Shown here piece by piece: positions 31,836-32,000 of a stretch of 32,000 bases of DNA. Where the stretch lies: the IMG/VR virus record IMGVR_UViG_3300045988_065417, positions 1 to 32,000 of that record. The stretch is one strand, 5' to 3'. A model generated the notes under the pieces. The model saw only the letters and a program-made list of their open reading frames with translations, was not told where the DNA came from and searched no databases. A program made the translations under genes and the position numbers. Numbering within the stretch: position 1 is the first letter of the stretch; the number at the start of each line of letters is the position of its first letter. The DNA comes from a virus.

Positions 31836-32000
31836 CTACGCTCTTAACATTTCCCTTCTCACCCTGTTAAATTCTTTCATCAAATCTTCATCGGATAGTG
31901 TGTTTTCCTGGGTGTAGAATTTAGAATCCAATTTAACAGGCTTATTTTTATTTCTTTTGGTCCATTCATCATGTACCCATTTTTGAAGCACAAGTGAATG
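31836..32000 (-). CDS. 3' end of a gene truncated by the window edge
   Basis: Open frame ...HSLVLQKWVHDEWTKRNKNKPVKLDSKFYTQENTLSDEDLMKEFNRVRREMLRA-stop (TAG at 31836-38). Confidence 0.4.
   Translation of the reverse strand, partial: HSLVLQKWVHDEWTKRNKNKPVKLDSKFYTQENTLSDEDLMKEFNRVRREMLRA

Larger units (their letters stand above)
1..32000 (-). mobile_element. Siphovirus-type phage/prophage genome segment (early region -> accessory island -> packaging -> head -> tail -> lysis, all leftward)
   Basis: Uninterrupted same-strand gene order TerS-TerL-portal-MuF-scaffold-capsid-connectors-tail tube-chaperones-tape measure-Dit-Tal-fibres-holin-endolysin. Tight or overlapping gene junctions. Small early ORFs upstream. 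Confidence 0.9.

Noticed and set aside
1-32000. Alternative genetic code (stop-codon reassignment), prompted by the in-frame TAA at 26434
   Set aside because: Large genes (TMP 861 aa, MuF 531 aa, portal 518 aa, TerL 409 aa) are intact and end at sensible junctions under the standard code. A single TAA interruption is better explained locally.

Overview
This window looks like most of a siphovirus-type temperate phage or prophage of a low-GC Gram-positive (Bacillota) host. Every credible gene is on the minus strand. Reading right to left: an early/replication region (31.8-25.8 kb) with SSB, a beta-class DNA methyltransferase, a dimeric dUTPase-like protein and many small ORFs; a sigma-70-region-4-like late activator; an AT-rich accessory island (25.4-22.3 kb); then TerS, TerL, portal, MuF-like minor head protein, scaffold, major capsid, connectors, tail tube, chaperones, tape measure, Dit, Tal, fibres, XkdX, holin and amidase endolysin (ending at 1061). 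A 1-kb ORF-free region follows. I saw no integrase, rRNA, convincing tRNA or CRISPR array. Main points: (1) The packaging-to-tail block (about 5.2-22.2 kb, roughly 43-48% GC in hand-counted samples) sits in a 27-37% GC backbone. Its right junction is a scar of gene fragments: a TerS N-terminus, an SNF2 helicase piece and a methylase C-terminus. (2) The accessory island holds an XRE-ImmA cassette with its own promoter and operators, a 44-aa ORF, and a translationally coupled DUF4417 gene plus two small MGGRG-initiated proteins of unknown function. This is my best candidate for an undescribed system. (3) The MuF-like protein carries an AT-richer C-terminal PBECR-like nuclease module, followed by a YjcQ-like gene bracketed by duplicated terminators. 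(4) The lysin-distal ORF-free region has a five-copy binding-site-like motif cluster and three tandem promoter/terminator units that may encode sRNAs. All family assignments come from motif recognition by eye; no database search was run.
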